Positions 39,769 to 50,298 of a stretch of 64,000 nucleotides of DNA are shown here, piece after piece. Numbering within the stretch: position 1 is the first letter of the stretch; each line of letters begins with the position of its first letter. The position numbers and the translations under genes are program-made. The stretch covers positions 96,001 through 160,000 of the forward strand of contig JAVZXS010000002.1 in the NCBI GenBank assembly GCA_038886535.1, in the 5' to 3' direction. The notes under the pieces are model-generated. The model searched no databases. It was given only the letters and a program-made list of their open reading frames with translations, and was not told the origin of the DNA. This DNA comes from Candidatus Micrarchaeia archaeon. Its GTDB lineage: Archaea; Micrarchaeota; Micrarchaeia; CABMEP01.

Positions 39769-41037
39769 TTATTCATTGAATTCAGTTTTCTTTTTCTTTC
39801 TGAATCTTGGCAATATGAATTTGTAGATTACATATATCAAAACTGCAGCAACTGCAATTAATATTAATGGATCAGTTGGAGTTACTTTGTCATATCCATA
39901 TTTTATTGCATCTTCTTTGCTAAATACATTAACCTTTACATTTTCATATTGCTCGTGGACGTTTCCTACTGTATCTTTGTATGTTATTCTTATTGGTAAT
40001 TCAATCTCTTTATTTGTAGAGTTGATGTATAATTCAAATTCTGCAACTTCAGAATCATCTGAGTTTATGTCACCAATGTAGTAGAGGTTTGGACTTAGAA
40101 TCTTATATTCGTTGCTTGAGTCTAGCAACTCTACAGTAGTGAATGCGATTTTTGATTCTCCCCTATTTATAATTAATATAGGAACTTTGGATTTTGCATT
40201 GTTTCTAACTATTGTTGTCTGGTCATGTAAAGCAAGCAATGCAGGTTCTGTGATTACATCTAGGGAGATTATTGTATTCTTAGAATAAGATTTTCCGAGC
40301 ATATCATAATAAGTGACAGTTACAGGTATCTTATAAGACTTTGCAGTTGCATCACTTATTGCTTTTATTGTAAATGAAATGTCTGCTTCTTTTCCAAGCT
40401 CTAACAGTTGAATTCTTTTTTCTGTTGTTTCATTTACAGGGACAAAAGGAATGTCTATCCCACTTAAATCTATCTTTACAGTTATGTCTTTTAGCGTGCT
40501 CCCTGCAAGATTTGTGAGTGTTAACGTGACTTTACCAACTTGGTTTGGTTTAAATTCCGATGGATCACTTTTAACCTTGCTTATACTTATAACTGCATCC
40601 TGTGATTGGATGTATATAGGAAGTTCTGCAGACTCTTCTTGATATCCAGAAATCTTACATACAATTTTAAGCTTATTTGTCCCAGTTACTGCATTTTCGC
40701 TTATTCTAACTTTGAATCTCATAAGTGCTATGTCGCTCTTCTTAAAATTACCTAGATTATAAATTCCATCATCTACATTATCAATTGAAAATGGATATTT
40801 AGGATCTAGATAACATGTAAGGTTTTCGATTGTCTTTTCAACGGCTGACTGCACTTTTACATAGACATCGATATACCTTCCAGGTTCAGCAGGATATGGG
40901 TAATAATATGCACCTTCGCTTATCCTAACTCCAGCAATATTTGCAACATTTGGATTTATTACTCCTTGTGCATTTATTAAAATAATGAATTGCAAAATAA
41001 ATAGTGAAAGAAAAACAGCTTTATTTTTTTTATCCAT
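39769..41037 (-). CDS. COG1361 (S-layer-domain) protein of an ABC exporter operon
   Basis: Signal peptide, PYPAEPG, Ig-like repeats, YIGDINSDDSE, C-terminal TM helix. Confidence 0.8.
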   Translation of the reverse strand: MDKKNKAVFLSLFILQFIILINAQGVINPNVANIAGVRISEGAYYYPYPAEPGRYIDVYVKVQSAVEKTIENLTCYLDPKYPFSIDNVDDGIYNLGNFKKSDIALMRFKVRISENAVTGTNKLKIVCKISGYQEESAELPIYIQSQDAVISISKVKSDPSEFKPNQVGKVTLTLTNLAGSTLKDITVKIDLSGIDIPFVPVNETTEKRIQLLELGKEADISFTIKAISDATAKSYKIPVTVTYYDMLGKSYSKNTIISLDVITEPALLALHDQTTIVRNNAKSKVPILIINRGESKIAFTTVELLDSSNEYKILSPNLYYIGDINSDDSEVAEFELYINSTNKEIELPIRITYKDTVGNVHEQYENVKVNVFSKEDAIKYGYDKVTPTDPLILIAVAAVLIYVIYKFILPRFRKKKKTEFNE

Positions 41038-41087
41038 ACACTCACCATTTTTAATTAATATTTAGAAGCAAATTATTAAAGACTATC

Positions 41088-41834
41088 TTATTTCTTCTTT
41101 ATATTATTGAAGTCAAATTCATGATTTTTTGAATCCCTGATTATGACTCCATCTCTTAATTCAATTATCCTCTCTGCATGCTCTGCTACGAATCTTTCAT
41201 GGGTTACTACTATGACGGTCCTGTTCTCTTCTTTATTAAGTTTTGTTAACAATCTCATTATCTCAAGTCCGCTTTTGTAATCAATATTTCCTGTTGGTTC
41301 ATCAGCAAGTATTACTTCGGGCTCAACCACTAATGCTCTTGCTATTGCAACTCTTTGTTGCTCTCCACCAGAAAGTTCTCTTGGAAGATGGTTCATTCTG
41401 TGGCCCATCCCAACTTTCTCAAGCATTTTTCTACTCTTTTCTTTTGCTTCATCCATAGATACATTTTTAAACATCAGTGGAAGCATTACATTTTCAAGTG
41501 CAGTTAGCGTGGGTATAAGGTTGAATGATTGGAAAACAAAACCAATTTTCTTTCCTCTCCATTGGGCAAGTTCGCTCTCTGATAAGGTAGTTATATCAAT
41601 ATTGTCAAGTTTTATTTTTCCACTAGTAGGTAGGTCAAGGCTTCCAATCATGTTCATCAATGTACTTTTTCCACTTCCAGAATGGCCGATTATAGCGACA
41701 AATTCCCCTTCATATATTTTCATATTGATTCCGCAAAGCGCATTAACCTTCACATCTCCCATCTGATAAGTTTTTCTTACATTCTCAAGTTCGATTATTA
41801 CTCTTTTATTTTCCTTCTGTCTCTCTTTTTTCAT
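41088..41834 (-). CDS. ABC transporter ATP-binding protein (LolD/MacB type)
   Basis: GHSGSGKS, GFVFQSFNL, LSGGEQQRVAIARAL, ILADEPTGN, VTH. Confidence 0.95.
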   Translation of the reverse strand: MKKERQKENKRVIIELENVRKTYQMGDVKVNALCGINMKIYEGEFVAIIGHSGSGKSTLMNMIGSLDLPTSGKIKLDNIDITTLSESELAQWRGKKIGFVFQSFNLIPTLTALENVMLPLMFKNVSMDEAKEKSRKMLEKVGMGHRMNHLPRELSGGEQQRVAIARALVVEPEVILADEPTGNIDYKSGLEIMRLLTKLNKEENRTVIVVTHERFVAEHAERIIELRDGVIIRDSKNHEFDFNNIKKK

Positions 41835-41855
41835 ATGATCACCGATATTAATTAC

Positions 41856-43064
41856 TTAAATCCTCAAGCTTTCAGCAGGCTTCATTTTCGCAGCCTTGAG
41901 TGCTGGAAGCGATCCGCTTATACTCCCAACAAGAAATGAAAATAACAAGCTACCAATAATAAGCCAAGGTGGAGTAGATGCACCAAAAGGATAACCAGTG
42001 CTGAGTGTAATAGTTTCAATTCCTTTGCTTATAGCAATTCCAACAATAGTTCCAATCACTCCACCAACCAATCCCAATATCCCAGATTCTATCAGAAATA
42101 TCATCATTATATCTCTATTTCTTGCACCAACTGCCTTCATTATTCCAATCTCTCTCGTTCTTTCTAAAACTGATGTATACATTGTATTCATTATTCCAAT
42201 TCCACCAACAATAAGTGATATTGCAGCTATTCCGATAACTATAATCTGGACTATAGAGATCACTGCACCATAAGTTTCATAGAGCTGCTGTGGCGTTTGG
42301 ACTGTAAAGTCTTCTTCTCCTTCTTTTAGATTTCTATCCTTTCTTAGTTCATCTTTAACTCTTTCTGCAACAAGATCTATTGGATAGTTCTCTTTAACAG
42401 TGGCCCAGATAGTCATATATCCAATGTCGCCATAAATTTCCTTCATTGCTGAAAGAGGAATATATACTTGTTTGTCATCTTCTTCACTTCCTACTCTTTC
42501 TGCTATTCCAACAATTGTGAATTTCTTTCCTTTTATCGTGATTTCATCTCCAACTTTTAATTTTTTCTTAAAAACATCACCATTAGCATAAAGCCATCCA
42601 ACAACTACTTTATAACCATCACTAGGTTGTAATTCCCTTCCATTCTCTGGAGATATGGAACTTATTTCTTTCAGGCTTAGTTTAGCAGGATCATATCCTA
42701 TAACATAAGCATATTTTATTTCATCTCCACTCTCAATCCCAGCTAATGTTGCAGAAAATCCAGCAGCCTTTTCAATTCCATTTACTCTTTGTATGACTTT
42801 TACATCATGATCCGTCATTTGAATAGATCCGACAGTAGCTGCAAGAAGCCCGTAAATTCCACCTCCAGGAAATATGTAAATTGCGTTAGGATTTAACATG
42901 GAAAATTGTTTGTCAATTGTCTCTTGCAGACCTTGGCCTATTGATACGAGCGCAACAAGTGCTGCAATACCAATAAATATACCTATTACAGTAAGCCAGG
43001 ATCTGGTTGGTTTTTGTTTAAATGTTCTTAATGCCAGGTTGAAATAATAGATGAATGATACCAT
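41856..43064 (-). CDS. ABC transporter permease (MacB/FtsX)
   Basis: RSWLTVIGIFIG, GIMNTMYTSVLERTREIGIMKAVGA. Confidence 0.95.
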   Translation of the reverse strand: MVSFIYYFNLALRTFKQKPTRSWLTVIGIFIGIAALVALVSIGQGLQETIDKQFSMLNPNAIYIFPGGGIYGLLAATVGSIQMTDHDVKVIQRVNGIEKAAGFSATLAGIESGDEIKYAYVIGYDPAKLSLKEISSISPENGRELQPSDGYKVVVGWLYANGDVFKKKLKVGDEITIKGKKFTIVGIAERVGSEEDDKQVYIPLSAMKEIYGDIGYMTIWATVKENYPIDLVAERVKDELRKDRNLKEGEEDFTVQTPQQLYETYGAVISIVQIIVIGIAAISLIVGGIGIMNTMYTSVLERTREIGIMKAVGARNRDIMMIFLIESGILGLVGGVIGTIVGIAISKGIETITLSTGYPFGASTPPWLIIGSLLFSFLVGSISGSLPALKAAKMKPAESLRI

Positions 43065-43464
43065 ATTCTCTCCTTACTCATATCTTAGTGTCTCAGCAGG
43101 CTTCATTCTTGCGGCCTGAAGTGCAGGAAGCAATCCACTCAGGCTTCCAACAATGAATGAAAATAAAATCGCACCAATTATGATTACTGGTTCAAGAGTT
43201 ATGTACAGGGCAATGTTGTACATTATAGCAATTTTCTCTACTATGTATGCGATAGTTATTCCAACAATAGTTCCAATCACTCCACCAACCAATCCCAATA
43301 TCCCAGATTCTATCAGAAATATCATCATTATATCTCTATTTCTTGCACCAACTGCCTTCATTATTCCAATCTCTCTCGTTCTTTCTAAAACTGATGTATA
43401 CATTGTATTCATTATTCCAATTCCACCAACAATAAGTGATATTGCAGCTATTCCGATAACTATA
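42037..43464. repeat. 207-bp exact direct repeat (42037-42243 and 43258-43464) shared by the two permease genes
   Basis: Base-by-base comparison shows identity including third codon positions; offset 1221 bp. Confidence 0.9.
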
Positions 43465-44279
43465 GTCTGCACAAGGCCAATTATCCTTAATGCCACTTCT
43501 CTCATTTGTTCTGAGGTCATTACAGTAAAAGTTTCTTTTCCTTTTTCTAAATCCTTCTCCTTTCTCAAGCGTTCTTTTATATTCTCTGCAACCTCTGTAA
43601 CATTTGCATTTTCTTTTGCTATGGTCAATATAAGCGGATAGCCTTCCTGTTTAAATACATCCATAAATGTATCTTTTGTAATATATATTCTTCTATCAAA
43701 TCCAGGATTACCTATCTTTGATACCACGCCTATAACTGTAAAATCTTTTCCATTTATCTCTAACTTATCTCCAATCTTAATCGGCTTTTCAAAAACCCCT
43801 GTAGTTGAAAAATCATACCCAACCATCACCTTATATGCATCGTTGCTTTTTAATTCTCTTCCAGAGGTCATTTGCACTCCCATAAAATCATAAATATTGA
43901 TTTCATTTGGATCAAAACCAGCGGTTATAAAATAATATGGTTTATCTTTATACTTTGTTTCAGATATAGTTAGCATTATTCCGACAGCCTTTTCAACCCC
44001 ATTCACTCTTTGAATTGCAGATATATCTCTATCATTAAGACGGTCTGATGTTCCTATCGCACCTAAGACACCAAAAGAACTTTTCCCAGGGTAAATAGAT
44101 ATTTTATTAGTTCCGAGAATATCGAATTGTTGATTTATTGCATTTTGTAGTCCTTGTCCTAAAGAAACGAGCGCAACCACAGCAGCTATACCTACGAATA
44201 TTCCTATAATTGTAAGCCAAGAACGAGTTGGTTTGTGTTTGAACGTGCGAATTGCAAGGTCAAAGTATTGACGCAACAT
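43074..44279 (-). CDS. ABC transporter permease (MacB/FtsX)
   Basis: Same motifs as the adjacent paralog. Confidence 0.95.
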   Translation of the reverse strand: MLRQYFDLAIRTFKHKPTRSWLTIIGIFVGIAAVVALVSLGQGLQNAINQQFDILGTNKISIYPGKSSFGVLGAIGTSDRLNDRDISAIQRVNGVEKAVGIMLTISETKYKDKPYYFITAGFDPNEINIYDFMGVQMTSGRELKSNDAYKVMVGYDFSTTGVFEKPIKIGDKLEINGKDFTVIGVVSKIGNPGFDRRIYITKDTFMDVFKQEGYPLILTIAKENANVTEVAENIKERLRKEKDLEKGKETFTVMTSEQMREVALRIIGLVQTIVIGIAAISLIVGGIGIMNTMYTSVLERTREIGIMKAVGARNRDIMMIFLIESGILGLVGGVIGTIVGITIAYIVEKIAIMYNIALYITLEPVIIIGAILFSFIVGSLSGLLPALQAARMKPAETLRYE

Positions 44280-44400
44280 AATCTTAATTATGTAGAAATA
44301 TTTAAAAGAATGTTAAATGAATCCTTCTCTTAACTAAATGCCGTAATCCATGCTGAATTATTTATCATGCGATTTAGCAATTTTTTTCTATTGTTTCCAT

Positions 44401-46566
44401 CTATTTGAATCTCTTTAAAAGCAATGAGTTGCTAACTACTGAAACAGAACTTAATGCCATTGCAAGCCCTGCGAATTCAGGCTTTAGCAACAAACCAAAC
44501 GAATAGTAAAATACACCAGCAGCTATCGGAATTCCTACTGAATTGTAGAAGAGAGCCCAGAACATATTCTGTTTTATTTTGTTCATCGTAGCCTCACTAA
44601 GTTTTATTGCAGTTACTACATCTTTAAGATCGTCTTTGACAAGTATTATTTCACCAGTTTCCATTGCTATGTCTGTACCGCTGCCGAGTGCAATGCCAAC
44701 ATCTGCTTGTGCAAGTGCTGGTGCATCGTTTATGCCATCACCAACCATTGCAACATATTCATTTTCGTTTTGTAATTCCTTAATTTTGGCAGCTTTTTGT
44801 TCTGGTAGAACCTCAGCAAGGACTTCATCTATTCCAACTTTTCTTGCAATTGCTCTTGCAGTTTTTTCATTGTCGCCTGTAATCATTACTACTCTCTTTC
44901 CCATCTCTTTTAATTCCTGTACTGCTTCCTTTGAATTTTTCTTTAATACGTCAGCAACCGCAATAAAGCCGATGAATCTTTTGTTTACAGCAAGTGCCAT
45001 TACTGTTTTTCCTTCTTCTTCAAGTAGCTTCATTTTTGAGTCATCGAATTTTATTTTGTTCTTAGCCATCAGTCTTCTATTTCCTAATAAAATTTCTTTT
45101 CCATTATAGTATGCCTTGATTCCGTAGCCTGGAATTGCTTGGAATGAGTTAGCATCTGGGATATGGATTTTTTTCTTTTTAGCATATTCAATAATCGCAT
45201 CCCCAAGAGGATGCTCTGATCTTTTTTCAGCTATTGCAGAATAAAAGATAATGTCTTTTTTTGATGCATTATTAGCTTCTATTATATCCGTTACCTGTGG
45301 CTTGCCAATTGTCAATGTAGCAGTCTTATCAAATACAATGGTTGTAATTTTATGTGCTTTCTCAAGAGCCTCTCCACCGCGGATTAGGATTCCTTTTTCT
45401 GCCCCCTTTCCAACCCCGACCATCACTGCTGTAGGAGTTGCAAGTCCAAGTGCGCATGGGCAGGCAATTACAAGCACTGAAATTGAAGTCATTAGTGCAA
45501 AGGTAAACGTTGTTCCAAAAATAAAATACCATGCAATAAATGTGATAATAGAAATCGATACCACTATCGGGACAAAATATGCAGACACTGTGTCAGCAAA
45601 TTTTTGTATGGGTGCCTTTGACATCTGTGCGTTTTCAACAAATTTTACTATCTGAGCTAGGACAGAATCTGCACCTACTGCAGTAGCTTTGAAGGTTAAT
45701 GTTCCGTGTTTATTTACAGTTCCACCTATGACTTTGTCACCTTTTCTCTTTTCTACAGGAATGCTTTCCCCAGTCAACATCGATTCATCTACAGAAGAGT
45801 AACCAGAAATCACAATTCCATCAACAGGTATTCTTTCACCAGGCTTTACGATAACAATGTCACCCTTCCTTACTTCGTTGATATCAATCTCAATCTCTTC
45901 CCCGTTTCTCATGACAATTGCTGTTTTAGGTCTCAGTCTCATTAGCTTTTGTATCGCTTCGCTCGTCTTTCCTTTCGTTAGAGCTTCTAGATATTTGCCA
46001 AGTACAACAAACGTTATTAGCAGTGCAGATGTCTCAAAAAATGTTTCACCACCTATGAAAAATGCAATAAAGACGCTGTAGAAATAGGCTGCACTAGTGC
46101 CGATTGCAATAAGGGTGTCCATGTTTGCAGCTCTATTCTTTAACGCACCAGCCATTCCCTTATAAAATCTCCAACCAATCCAGAATTGAACAGGAGTAGC
46201 TAATGCAAATTGTATTATATTTTCATAAGGAAAATCAATAAACATGCTTAATAATACAATGGGAAGAGTTAACACAAGACTGATTATGAAAGTAGTTTTC
46301 AGCTCTTTTATTTCCTTTTCTTTGATCTCTCTTTCTCCATCGATTTCAATTCCTTTCTCTTCTTTGGCCGAATAGCCTGCATCTTCTATTATAGCTATGA
46401 TCTTCTCAATATTTATTTTTCTTTCATCAAATTCAATAGACGCCTTCTCTGTTGCGAAGTTGATAGATGCAGACTTTATTCCTTTTGCCTTGCGAAGAGA
46501 ATTCTCAATGATCTTAGCACAGCTTGCACAGTGCATTCCTCTTATGGTTAGAATAGCATTCTTCAT
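44401..46566 (-). CDS. copA: copper-translocating P1B-type ATPase
   Basis: GMHCASC HMA domain, [33 protein letters not shown] and MALSS. Confidence 0.95.
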   Translation of the reverse strand: MKNAILTIRGMHCASCAKIIENSLRKAKGIKSASINFATEKASIEFDERKINIEKIIAIIEDAGYSAKEEKGIEIDGEREIKEKEIKELKTTFIISLVLTLPIVLLSMFIDFPYENIIQFALATPVQFWIGWRFYKGMAGALKNRAANMDTLIAIGTSAAYFYSVFIAFFIGGETFFETSALLITFVVLGKYLEALTKGKTSEAIQKLMRLRPKTAIVMRNGEEIEIDINEVRKGDIVIVKPGERIPVDGIVISGYSSVDESMLTGESIPVEKRKGDKVIGGTVNKHGTLTFKATAVGADSVLAQIVKFVENAQMSKAPIQKFADTVSAYFVPIVVSISIITFIAWYFIFGTTFTFALMTSISVLVIACPCALGLATPTAVMVGVGKGAEKGILIRGGEALEKAHKITTIVFDKTATLTIGKPQVTDIIEANNASKKDIIFYSAIAEKRSEHPLGDAIIEYAKKKKIHIPDANSFQAIPGYGIKAYYNGKEILLGNRRLMAKNKIKFDDSKMKLLEEEGKTVMALAVNKRFIGFIAVADVLKKNSKEAVQELKEMGKRVVMITGDNEKTARAIARKVGIDEVLAEVLPEQKAAKIKELQNENEYVAMVGDGINDAPALAQADVGIALGSGTDIAMETGEIILVKDDLKDVVTAIKLSEATMNKIKQNMFWALFYNSVGIPIAAGVFYYSFGLLLKPEFAGLAMALSSVSVVSNSLLLKRFK

Positions 46567-46575
46567 TTTTTCCAC

Positions 46576-46863
46576 CTATTTTCTTCCGAATAAATTGCTG
46601 AGGAAGCCATTAGATTTTTTTGTATTTTTGACATTAGGATCGCAGACTTCCTTTGCTTCATAACCCATTTCCTCTATTTTCTTAATGATGGCATTTACGC
46701 TTGTCTTTGTTGGATTCAATTCTATCTCAGCAATCTCGTTTTCGTATGAAACATTAATATTCTCAGTGCCATTAATCTGGGATAAGCTTTCTTTTATTAG
46801 CCGCTCACAGCTCTTGCAATGCATGTTATCTATTTTAAGATATACTCTTATCAAATTTTCCAT
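46576..46863 (-). CDS. copZ: copper chaperone (HMA domain)
   Basis: MHCKSC; adjacent to copA. Confidence 0.85.
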   Translation of the reverse strand: MENLIRVYLKIDNMHCKSCERLIKESLSQINGTENINVSYENEIAEIELNPTKTSVNAIIKKIEEMGYEAKEVCDPNVKNTKKSNGFLSNLFGRK

Positions 46864-46910
46864 AACATCACTTCATAACGTATTTGAAATATTAATTAAC
46901 ATATTAACAA

Positions 46911-47744
46911 TTATTGGTTTAGTTGTGCAAGTTGGGCATCGATCACCTGTTTAAACACAGAATATGGTTGCGCTCCACTTATCATTTGACCATTGATAAA
47001 GAAAGTTGGTGTTCCTTGAACTCCGTTTGCCAACCCTTCCTGTAATTCAGAATTTACTTGCGTTGCTTTTTCTCCATTATCAAGACCAGCATTAAATTTT
47101 ACTGTATCTAAACCAAGTTCAGCTGCGTATCTCTTTAGACTTTCCACATCTAGATTGTTCTGATTCTCAAAAAGCTTGTTATGATATTCCCAGAACTTAC
47201 CTTGATCACCAGCTAGAAGAGCTGCCTCTGCAGCCTTCCGTGCATTTGGATGAATCTGAATCAATGGAAATTGTTTGTAGTAAAGTTTTACCTTTCCTTT
47301 GTAATCATTCAATATCTGTTTGATTGTTGGTTGCACTCTTAAACAGAATGGGCACTGAAAATCGCTATACTCGATAATTGTTATTGGTGCATTAGGGTCT
47401 CCCAGGGGCGTAATTCCAGAGAGATTTGCCTTAAATGAATTATTACTAGATGGCAGATCAGACGGTTGTGCAATATTATTATTTATTGCAGGAGCAGATG
47501 TTAAGCTGGCACGAATTATGTTTATATTTGAATTTATTTCGTTTAGCTTATCGTTTATGATATTAGTTGTATATATTGCTGTTCCAGCAATAAGTATGAT
47601 TGATAGTACTATTGCAACTAAAAAATATGTGAACTGATTGCCATCTTTTTTATTCGATCCATTACTCGTATCTATGTTCATCTCCTCATTCTTATTTTCC
47701 TTATCTTCATTGCGTTTATAGACGATCTTATTTTGATTCTCCAT
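46911..47744 (-). CDS. membrane-anchored DsbA-like thioredoxin-fold protein
   Basis: TM helix, GDPNAPITIIEYSDFQCPFC, GTPTFFING, GAQPY. Confidence 0.92.
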   Translation of the reverse strand: MENQNKIVYKRNEDKENKNEEMNIDTSNGSNKKDGNQFTYFLVAIVLSIILIAGTAIYTTNIINDKLNEINSNINIIRASLTSAPAINNNIAQPSDLPSSNNSFKANLSGITPLGDPNAPITIIEYSDFQCPFCLRVQPTIKQILNDYKGKVKLYYKQFPLIQIHPNARKAAEAALLAGDQGKFWEYHNKLFENQNNLDVESLKRYAAELGLDTVKFNAGLDNGEKATQVNSELQEGLANGVQGTPTFFINGQMISGAQPYSVFKQVIDAQLAQLNQ

Positions 47745-47864
47745 ATCATGCACCTCAATTAATGTTTTACTGATGCATTTGCATGCATCTTTACATATCC
47801 AATGTAAATCGAATATTGAATTTCATGATGTCTTCGTTTTAATATATATTCACATCCTTTCTAT

Positions 47865-48479
47865 TTACCCATAACTGTTTCTGCTTCCGCATCCGCAACC
47901 GCCAACTCTTTGTATTGGTTTGCTTGCTGCTTCAGCATTTATAGCTGCTGCTTCTGCTAATGTGATATTATTGCGAATCTCGATTTTTCCAGTTGCCATT
48001 CCCATGAGACAAGTAAAGTGTATCGTTCCTTCCTTTAAAGGTGTAAATTCGAATGTTTCAATTACTCCGGATCGTTCAAATTGATAGTATATACCAAGTT
48101 CTCTAACTGCTAGACCATTTATACAGCCACCAAAACGTTTTACATAAACGTTCCATCTTACAGGCACACCAGCCTTGACTACTAATGTAGCAGGTATCCA
48201 TCCATTATCTACAGTCATGTTAATCTCTTGGAATTCTACTGTATTATTTTTTTCATTTGCTCCACTGATTGCTATTGAATCTGTTGCCAATTGTTTGGGA
48301 GAGAGATTTGATATGAACGGTGATGATAAGTTCGTACCAAATACCAATACTGCTGCTAAAGCTGTGATCACAGCCAGCGTTAGGTATGCAAATTTGTTCT
48401 TCATCTTTAATTTTGAATCGTTCTCTTTCGGTATGTTCGAATCCATTTTCTGCGTTTTATTTTCATTGTTTTCCATCAT
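47865..48479 (-). CDS. membrane-anchored cupredoxin-domain protein
   Basis: TM helix, VKAGVPVRW, GCIN, FTCLMGM, C-terminal GGCGCG. Confidence 0.8.
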   Translation of the reverse strand: MMENNENKTQKMDSNIPKENDSKLKMKNKFAYLTLAVITALAAVLVFGTNLSSPFISNLSPKQLATDSIAISGANEKNNTVEFQEINMTVDNGWIPATLVVKAGVPVRWNVYVKRFGGCINGLAVRELGIYYQFERSGVIETFEFTPLKEGTIHFTCLMGMATGKIEIRNNITLAEAAAINAEAASKPIQRVGGCGCGSRNSYG

Positions 48480-48502
48480 TTTATACACCTGTTATCCTAA
48501 AT

Positions 48503-49714
48503 TTACTTGACGATTATCTGTCCAGGTATCATTCCCATCCAGCATGTAAAATAGATCGTTCCAGTCTTAGATGGGGTGAATTCAAATACCTTTATCTCCC
48601 CTTCTCTCTCAAACTGATAGTTTATTCCAAGTTCAGGAACTTTTATTCCTTTATTGCAATATGATAATTTTTCAACGGTTATTATCCATTTTACAGGTAT
48701 TCCTTTTTTCACCGTGAATGTGTCCGGCTCCCAACCATAGGCAGTTACTTTCATTTTTATTTCTTGGATATGTTGTGAAGAATTCAATTGATATGCTTCA
48801 GACTGATTTTGGCTAAATAAATTAGGAATTCCTATTCCCATCAGTAAAGCGCTTCTTTGAAGCATGATTATTCCAAGCACTATAATAAGCACGCTTGCAA
48901 TCTTTACTGCTTTATGTGTCCATTTCATTGATATCTTTGAAACAAGAGCACCCAAGATGAACATTAGTGGAACAGTTCCTGCTCCAAATACAAGCATAGT
49001 CAGTCCACCATCTATCATGCTTCCAGTTCCTGCTGCATATACTAGCATTGCTTGAAGAGGTCCACACGGCATAAATCCATTTAAAAATCCAAACATTGCT
49101 GGATTGCTCGAATACTTATGGATATCAATAAATGATGGTAGTACTGTATATTTTCTTAGTTTTGGATAGAATATGCTGAAACCATACAATACCATGAATA
49201 ATCCAGCCAGAAAAGATAATGCACCTCTTATCTGATCTGTTATTGCAATAACCCCACCAACTAAACCAAGCAATGCTCCTAATAGAGTGTAAGATAATAT
49301 TCTTGCACCGTTATAGCAAATGTGTGGTTTCAATCCTTTTTGGTTTGAATTGCTTGCATAAGAAATTACAAACCCACCACACATGCCTATGCAATGGAAA
49401 CTTGTAAGCAATCCTACTAAGAATATTACTATCAGTCCGGATTTTGGATCGATGATGTTTGTAGAGAAAAATGGAAAATTGCTAAGTGCGATATAAAGAC
49501 CAATAAACAAAAATCCCCAGTAGGCAATTCTCTTTAATTTCTCAATCAGCCCAGTGTTGTTTTCATTTATACTATCTTCTATTTTGGTTTCAGTATTAAT
49601 TTCTTTTGTCTTTTCTTTACTAATTTTGTCTCTTTCGCTGATTTCTTTTCTTTCTTGTTGATAATTTTCTTGGGGTTCAGAACCAGTTGCATGGTTTGTT
49701 TCTAAATTTTCCAT
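48503..49714 (-). CDS. DsbD_2/TauE-SafE-like membrane protein with C-terminal cupredoxin domain
   Basis: SFHCIGMCGG, GFMPCGPLQAM, FTCWMGM. Confidence 0.88.
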   Translation of the reverse strand: MENLETNHATGSEPQENYQQERKEISERDKISKEKTKEINTETKIEDSINENNTGLIEKLKRIAYWGFLFIGLYIALSNFPFFSTNIIDPKSGLIVIFLVGLLTSFHCIGMCGGFVISYASNSNQKGLKPHICYNGARILSYTLLGALLGLVGGVIAITDQIRGALSFLAGLFMVLYGFSIFYPKLRKYTVLPSFIDIHKYSSNPAMFGFLNGFMPCGPLQAMLVYAAGTGSMIDGGLTMLVFGAGTVPLMFILGALVSKISMKWTHKAVKIASVLIIVLGIIMLQRSALLMGIGIPNLFSQNQSEAYQLNSSQHIQEIKMKVTAYGWEPDTFTVKKGIPVKWIITVEKLSYCNKGIKVPELGINYQFEREGEIKVFEFTPSKTGTIYFTCWMGMIPGQIIVK

Positions 49715-49752
49715 GCAATATAATATATCAATCAATATTAAAACAGTTATCG

Positions 49753-49792
49753 TCAGAACAATTTATGAACGATTATGAACGATCCTGAATCA
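49753..49792. promoter_or_regulatory. 10-11-bp phased direct repeats upstream of the copper operon promoter
   Basis: tcaGAACaat-ttatGAACga-ttatGAACga-tcctGAATca, next to a TTTTAATA TATA-like box on the minus strand. Confidence 0.5.
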
Positions 49793-49810
49793 TTAAAAAT
49801 AGATAGAAAA

Positions 49811-50248
49811 TTAGAATCCTTTCATCAGGATCACATAGTTTGTCTTACCTATTTTTTGTTTTCTAATCAATTTTCTTTTTTCCATTCTACTTAAAATCAT
49901 TGAAAGCGTGGCTCTCGGGTAATTCAATTCTTTTCTTATTTCAGCTTGAGTTGCGTTCTTTTTTATTCGTAAATATTCAATTATCTTTCTTTCTTCCGGT
50001 GTTAATATTTTTTCAATTTTATGCGCTTTAATTACTTTTTTAATTATCATTTCTTCTGGCTTAAGATAGAGATAGACTCCAAGTGCGAAGATGACGAAGA
50101 AAAGTGGGATTAAAAATATAAGGACTTGATGATACCATTCCATTACAAGCGGGCATGAAGAAGGTATGAGATACATTAATATAAAACTGATAAGCACACC
50201 ACTACCGCCAGCTATCGCAATTATAGAAGCTATGTCTTTATTTTTCAT
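49811..50248 (-). CDS. membrane-anchored winged-helix transcriptional regulator
   Basis: Two N-terminal TM helices; LTPEERKIIEYL...TQAEIRKELNYPRATLSMILSRMEKRKLI. Confidence 0.85.
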   Translation of the reverse strand: MKNKDIASIIAIAGGSGVLISFILMYLIPSSCPLVMEWYHQVLIFLIPLFFVIFALGVYLYLKPEEMIIKKVIKAHKIEKILTPEERKIIEYLRIKKNATQAEIRKELNYPRATLSMILSRMEKRKLIRKQKIGKTNYVILMKGF

Positions 50249-50298
50249 TTTCTCGCCATATATTATTAGATCAATACTTATTATTTATTAATTATTTA

